Origin: Nitrospira sp. UBA5699
GTDB lineage: Bacteria > Nitrospirota > Nitrospiria > Nitrospirales > Nitrospiraceae
DNA: 64,000 nucleotides
Assembly: GCA_002420105.1 (NCBI GenBank)
Contig: DIHJ01000038.1
Coordinates: forward strand, 76,504-140,503
Direction of reading: 5' to 3'
Made by a program: the position numbers and the translations under genes. The notes below the pieces were generated by a model. That model searched no databases and had not been told where the DNA came from. It worked only from the letters and a program-made list of their open reading frames with translations. Of the stretch, positions 59,390 through 64,000 are shown one piece after another. Within the stretch, counting starts at the first letter, position 1, and the number at the start of each line of letters is the position of its first letter.

Positions 59390-60562
59390 ATGTCGGGCCG
59401 CTTCCGCGGGGCCGGTGTGACGCGGGCAGCGGGCCGGCGCCCGGCCACCGCCACGCTCGAAGCGTGGATGAGGCTCCGGGCCATCGACGGCGTCGGCGAC
59501 CAGACCGTCCTCGCCCTGGTCCACGAATGGGGCGTTCCCGATGCCGTGCTGAGCGCCTCGACCGACGAGTTGATTCAGCGGGGCTGCAGCGTGCGGCTGG
59601 CCGAGGCGATCAGGCAGGGGCCGGACGCCGCGATCCGCCGGACCATCGACCGCGAGCTGAACGCGATCCGAGAACGGCAGATCGAAGTGCTGACCGTTCT
59701 CGACGACGCCTATCCCGCCCGTCTGCGGATGATCCCCGACCCTCCGCCGCTCCTCTACGCGACCGGGCGATTGACCGTGCAGGACGAACTGGCCGTCGCG
59801 GTCGTCGGCTCACGGAACGCCACCGCCAAAGGGCGACTCATGACGGAGGAACTGGCGGGGCACCTGGCCGGTGCGGGATTCACGGTCGTCAGCGGGCTGG
59901 CACGCGGCGTCGATGCCGCGGCGCATCGCGGCGCGCTCGCCGCAGGCGGCCGTACGATCGCCGTGCTCGGCTGCGGGATCGACCGCACGTATCCGCCCGA
60001 ACATGAACGACTGCGGTCCGAGATCGACGCGTGCGGGGCGGTCCTCTCCGAGCTGCCTCTCGGCTCGGCGCCTCACCGCGCGCATTTCCCCCGGAGAAAC
60101 CGGATCATCAGCGGGCTGGCGCTCGGGGTCGTCGTCACCGAAGCGGCCATCAACAGCGGATCGTTGATCACCGCTCAACTGGCGGCGGAGCAGGGGCGGG
60201 AGGTCTTCGCGGTGCCGGGATTCGTCAAGGACGATATGAGCCGCGGAACGAACGCGCTGCTCAAGGAGGGCGCGACGCTGATCGAACGGGCGCAAGACGT
60301 GATCGACGCCCTCGCGCCGCAATTCGAATTGCCGTTGCGGGCGACGGCGCCGGGTCCGCCGTCCGATGCACGTTCCGGTGATCGCTTGGGAAATCAGGAA
60401 CAGCTGGTGTATGATGCCCTCTCGTACGATCCGCGGACCGTGGACGATCTTGTCGAACAAACCGGGCTCGCGGTGCCCGCGGTCATGGCGTCGCTCTTGT
60501 TCCTCGAGCTGCATCAGCGCGTGCGGCAACTGCCCGGACAACGGTATCTCAAAGTGTCGTAG
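59390..60562 (+). CDS. dprA: DNA processing protein DprA
   Basis: The Rossmann-like blocks VVGSRNAT, SGLARGVDAAAHRGAL and RNRIISGL are present. The exact start is uncertain. Confidence 0.88.
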   Translation: MSGRFRGAGVTRAAGRRPATATLEAWMRLRAIDGVGDQTVLALVHEWGVPDAVLSASTDELIQRGCSVRLAEAIRQGPDAAIRRTIDRELNAIRERQIEVLTVLDDAYPARLRMIPDPPPLLYATGRLTVQDELAVAVVGSRNATAKGRLMTEELAGHLAGAGFTVVSGLARGVDAAAHRGALAAGGRTIAVLGCGIDRTYPPEHERLRSEIDACGAVLSELPLGSAPHRAHFPRRNRIISGLALGVVVTEAAINSGSLITAQLAAEQGREVFAVPGFVKDDMSRGTNALLKEGATLIERAQDVIDALAPQFELPLRATAPGPPSDARSGDRLGNQEQLVYDALSYDPRTVDDLVEQTGLAVPAVMASLLFLELHQRVRQLPGQRYLKVS

Positions 60563-60646
60563 CTCCTGCGAAGGCGGGCAAGTTGCACTGAACTGCTTTA
60601 TCTGGTACGGATGTTAGGGTAAGGTGTTCGAGACGTTGGAGTCGAT

Positions 60647-62986
60647 ATGGCGAAGTCGTTGATCATTGTCGAGTCACCCACCAAGGCCAAGACCATCACC
60701 AAGTATCTGGGCCGCGGCTATACCGTGATGGCCTCGGTCGGTCACGTCAAGGATCTGCCGACCAGCAAGCTGGGTGTGGATCTCGACCATGATTTCAAGC
60801 CGCAGTACGTCACCATCAAGGGCAAATCCAAAGTCCTGGCCGAAATCAAGAAAAAAGCCGAAGAGGCCGACAAGGTGTTTCTGGCGCCGGACCCCGATCG
60901 CGAAGGAGAGGCCATCGCCTGGCATCTTGCCGAAGAGCTCAAAGGCAAGTCGAAGAAGAAGAGCGACGGGAAGATCTTCCGCGTCCTGTTCAATGAAATC
61001 ACCGAGCGGGCGATCAAACAGGCGTTGCAGTCGCCCGGCCAGATCGACATGAAATTGGTCAACGCCCAGCAGGCGCGACGGGTGCTGGACCGGATCGTCG
61101 GCTACCAGGGCAGTCAGCTGTTGTGGAACAAAGTCCGGCGCGGCCTTTCGATGGGACGGGTCCAGTCCGTGGCGGTCCGGTTGATGTGCGAGCGCGAGCA
61201 GGAGCGGGAAGCGTTCCGGGCGGAGGAATATTGGTCGGTGACCGCCCTCTTGGCCGGCGCGAATCCCCCGCCGTTCGAGGCGAAGCTTCACAGCATCAAT
61301 GGAGAAGAAGCCTCGATCGGGACCGCCGACGCCGCGCAGAAGGTGGTCGACGCCATCAAAGGGAAGCCGTTCGTCGTCACGGCGATCGAACGGAAGGAAA
61401 AAAAGCGGAACCCGGTCGCGCCGTTCATCACAAGCCGGCTCCAGCAGGAGGCCGCGCGGAAGCTGCATTTCACTCCGAAGAAAACCATGACTCTTGCGCA
61501 GCAGCTCTACGAGGGAATTGAAATCGGGGCGGAAGGCCCGACCGGGCTCATCACCTACATGAGAACGGATTCCCCGAGAATCTCCCGGGAGGCGATGGCG
61601 GACGCGAGGCAGGTGATTCAGGAGCGTTTCGGAGCGGACTATCTCCCGGCGACGCCGAATGTCTATAAGACGCAGAAGGCGGCGCAGGAAGCCCACGAGG
61701 CGATACGTCCGACCTCCGCGGCCAGGGATCCGGAATCCATCAGGCAGTACCTGGAGCAGGATCAATACAATCTGTACAAGCTGATCTGGAACCGGTTCAT
61801 CGCGTCGCAGATGGTGCCGGCGATTCTCGATGTGACCCGTGTGGAATCGAAGCCGCTCGAGACACGGGAAACCTATCTGTTCCGCTCCAGCGGCACGATC
61901 GTGAAGTTCCCCGGCCATACGATCGTCTACATGGAGGGCGTGGACAAAGAGCTGTTCGCGCAGAAGCCGAAGCAGGAGGAAGAGGTCGATGACGGTTCCG
62001 AGCGGCAATTGCCGCCGCTGACCGAGGGCGAGCGTCTGCGGCTGGTGGAACAGGCCGAGCAGACGGTTCCCGGCGTGACCTCGAAGCAGCATTTCACCCA
62101 GCCGCCCCCGCGATACAACGAAGCGCTGTTGATCAAGGAACTGGAAGAAAAAGGCATCGGCCGGCCGTCCACCTATGCGGCGATCATCTCCACGATTCAA
62201 GACCGGAAATATGTGGAAAAGATCGAAGGGCGCTTTATCCCGACCGAAACCGGCCGCACGGTGAACGACTTCCTCATCAAAGGATTCCCCAAAATCGTCA
62301 ACGTCGACTTTACCTCCCATCTTGAAGAGGAGCTCGACGAGGTGGAGGAAGGGAACAAGCCCTGGGTCGAAGCCGTGCGCGACTTCTACGATCCGTTTAC
62401 CCAGGAAATGGAGCGGGCCAAGGCTATTCCGGGGCCGAAAGACACGGTCGAACCGCCCACGGACATTCCCTGCGAAAAGTGCGGCAGGATGATGGAAATC
62501 AAGTGGGGGAGAAACGGAAAGTTTCTCGCCTGCCCCGGGTACAAGGACGATCCGCCCTGCAAGAACACCCAGAACTTCGAGAAGCTGCCGGACGGCACGA
62601 TCAAAGTGGTGCCGAAGCAGGACGTCACGACGGATCAGGTGTGCGACAAGTGCGGGAGCCCGATGGTCATCAAGACCGGGCGCTTCGGCAAATTCATCGC
62701 CTGTTCGGCCTATCCGCAATGCAAGACGACCAAACCGCTGGCGTTGGGCGTCAAGTGTCCGCAGCCGGACTGCGGCGGCGACCTTGTCCAGAAACGCACC
62801 CGCAAGGGGCGCTCGTTCTTCGCCTGCAGCAACTATCCGAAATGTGAGTTTGCGCTCTGGGACCGTCCGGTGAACAAGGCTTGCCCGACCTGTCAGGCGC
62901 CGTTCCTGGTCGAAAAGGTCAGCAAGCAGGCCGGGCGCAGCGTGCAGTGCCGCAACGAAGAATGCGGCTATCGTGAAGCGGGCTGA
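60647..62986 (+). CDS. topA: DNA topoisomerase I
   Basis: The TOPRIM domain reads IVESPTKAKTI and the catalytic Tyr lies in ITYMRTDS. Four C-terminal C4 zinc ribbons are present. Confidence 0.97.
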   Translation: MAKSLIIVESPTKAKTITKYLGRGYTVMASVGHVKDLPTSKLGVDLDHDFKPQYVTIKGKSKVLAEIKKKAEEADKVFLAPDPDREGEAIAWHLAEELKGKSKKKSDGKIFRVLFNEITERAIKQALQSPGQIDMKLVNAQQARRVLDRIVGYQGSQLLWNKVRRGLSMGRVQSVAVRLMCEREQEREAFRAEEYWSVTALLAGANPPPFEAKLHSINGEEASIGTADAAQKVVDAIKGKPFVVTAIERKEKKRNPVAPFITSRLQQEAARKLHFTPKKTMTLAQQLYEGIEIGAEGPTGLITYMRTDSPRISREAMADARQVIQERFGADYLPATPNVYKTQKAAQEAHEAIRPTSAARDPESIRQYLEQDQYNLYKLIWNRFIASQMVPAILDVTRVESKPLETRETYLFRSSGTIVKFPGHTIVYMEGVDKELFAQKPKQEEEVDDGSERQLPPLTEGERLRLVEQAEQTVPGVTSKQHFTQPPPRYNEALLIKELEEKGIGRPSTYAAIISTIQDRKYVEKIEGRFIPTETGRTVNDFLIKGFPKIVNVDFTSHLEEELDEVEEGNKPWVEAVRDFYDPFTQEMERAKAIPGPKDTVEPPTDIPCEKCGRMMEIKWGRNGKFLACPGYKDDPPCKNTQNFEKLPDGTIKVVPKQDVTTDQVCDKCGSPMVIKTGRFGKFIACSAYPQCKTTKPLALGVKCPQPDCGGDLVQKRTRKGRSFFACSNYPKCEFALWDRPVNKACPTCQAPFLVEKVSKQAGRSVQCRNEECGYREAG

Positions 62987-63082
62987 TCGCAGCCGCTCGT
63001 GTTCTTTCCGCTCCCGTTGATCCCCGTCAGCCAGTCTCAGATATTGAGAAGCAATGTCGTCGTACGCCTCGCCGTCCGAGAG

Positions 63083-63111
63083 TTGACGAATCCCCTTGCG
63101 CCGTCGATAAT
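63083..63111 (+). promoter_or_regulatory. Candidate sigma-70 promoter of the bfr pair
   Basis: TTGACG (63083-63088), a 17-nt spacer, then GATAAT (63106-63111). The palindrome AATGCATT (63109-63116) overlaps the -10. Confidence 0.45.
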
Positions 63112-63204
63112 GCATTGCCTCGCCCGGCGCGATATCATAACAACAAATCCACCACCTGAGCCCCTGAGTTGAGGGCCTGCCTTCTCCAGAAAGGGAGGTG
63201 ACCG

Positions 63205-63681
63205 ATGAAAGCCAAAGAAGGGGTCATCAATCTCCTGAACAAGATCCTCACCGCCGACCTGACCGCCATCAATCAGTATTTCGTGCATGCCAAGATGTGC
63301 GAGAACTGGGGCTACGAGCGCCTGCATCACAAGGTGCGGGAGCGCAGCATCGACGAGATGAAAGATGCCGACGAGTTGATCGGGCATATTCTCTATCTCG
63401 AAGGCGTGCCGAACGTGCAGCGCATGAACACGGTACATGTGGGGGAGACCGTTCCGGAGCAGTTGAAGCTGGATTTGAAGGCCGAGGAGGAGATGCTGGC
63501 CATCCTGAGCGACGGCGTCGTGCATTGCACCAAGGTGGCCGATTTCACGACCCGGCATATGCTGGAAGATATGGCCAAGGATGTCGATGCGCACATCGAC
63601 TGGATCGAAACCCAGATGGAGACGATCAAGCAGATCGGACTGGAAAACTACCTCGCCGAACAGATCAAGAAGGAGAGCTGA
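63205..63681 (+). CDS. bfr: Bacterioferritin paralog, heme-ligand type (Met52 present, ferroxidase ligands degenerate)
   Basis: The sequence aligns without gaps to E. coli Bfr over the N-terminus. M52 is kept (SIDEMKD), while E18 is D, H54 is D and E127 is V. Confidence 0.9.
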   Translation: MKAKEGVINLLNKILTADLTAINQYFVHAKMCENWGYERLHHKVRERSIDEMKDADELIGHILYLEGVPNVQRMNTVHVGETVPEQLKLDLKAEEEMLAILSDGVVHCTKVADFTTRHMLEDMAKDVDAHIDWIETQMETIKQIGLENYLAEQIKKES

Positions 63682-63689
63682 CCACGATC

Positions 63690-64000
63690 ATGAAAGCCAA
63701 GGAAGGCGTCGTCGACCTGCTCAATCAGGTGCTGAAGGCCGAGCTCACGGCGGTGCACCAGTATCTGCTGCATGCGGCCATGTGCAAGAATTGGGGCTAT
63801 GAACGGCTGCACGAACATTTCGCCCATCTTGCCCAGGAGGAAGTCGGCCATTCGTCGGGATTGATCGACCACATCCTGTATCTCGAAGGGGCTCCCGCGG
63901 TCGAGCCTCTCGATTCGGTTGCCCGGGGAAACAGTGCGGAAGCCCTGTTTACGAAGGATCTCGAATTTGAGCGCGAGGACGCCGAGTTGCTTCGGAGAGG
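63690..64000 (+). CDS. bfr: Bacterioferritin paralog, ferroxidase type (partial, runs off the window end)
   Basis: I translated this directly from the sequence (ATG at 63690): MKAKEGVVDLLNQVLKAELTAVHQYLLHAAMCKNWGYERLHEHFAHLAQEEVGH... E18, E51, H54 and E94 are kept, and position 52 is Val. The ORF is not in the track because it has no stop in the window. Confidence 0.85.
   Translation, partial: MKAKEGVVDLLNQVLKAELTAVHQYLLHAAMCKNWGYERLHEHFAHLAQEEVGHSSGLIDHILYLEGAPAVEPLDSVARGNSAEALFTKDLEFEREDAELLRR

Noticed and set aside
63037-63594. A 185-aa minus-strand ORF covering the topA-bfr spacer and the first bfr gene.
   Set aside because: It is antisense to a bacterioferritin gene that aligns residue by residue with E. 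coli Bfr, and it has no motifs of its own.

Overview
This is a GC-rich bacterial chromosome segment that is almost fully coding and mostly housekeeping. Reading left to right, it contains: a Pup-proteasome locus (prcB, prcA and a PafA/Dop-family enzyme); a membrane GT2 synthase fusion with a coupled SGNH gene; an intron-containing tRNA gene; a five-subunit 2-oxoacid:ferredoxin oxidoreductase cluster; rho-rpmE-prfA-prmC-murA; a his cluster (hisGDB, then hisH-lipoprotein-hisA-hisF-hisIE-HIT); dnaG-rpoD plus tRNA-CAU; RNase P RNA; ilvBNC-psd-pssA, a T-box leader, then leuA-cupin-leuB-NHL-asd; queA; mreBCD-mrdA-rodA; rng; dprA-topA; and two tandem bacterioferritin genes. The gene content (bacterial proteasome, Hydrogenobacter-type five-subunit OFOR, psd-pssA inside the ilv-leu cluster) suggests a Nitrospirota-like organism, but that is inference only. 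The most unusual item is a tRNA-Asn(GUU) gene split in its anticodon loop by a 555-nt group I intron that encodes an HNH endonuclease. The intron call rests on readable R and S boxes, P4/P5/P8/P9 hairpins, an internal guide sequence, a 5' exon ending in U and a terminal intron G. Other items worth a second look are a 1233-aa cellulose-synthase-like GT2 fused to a DMFase-large-subunit-like domain with a downstream SGNH protein, a Leu-specific T-box leader before leuA, a complementary heme-type/ferroxidase-type bacterioferritin pair, and a short RNase HIII-like protein. I saw no CRISPR array, transposase, prophage or rRNA. Many long ORFs in the track are antisense or out-of-frame artefacts of the high GC content and are not reported as genes.
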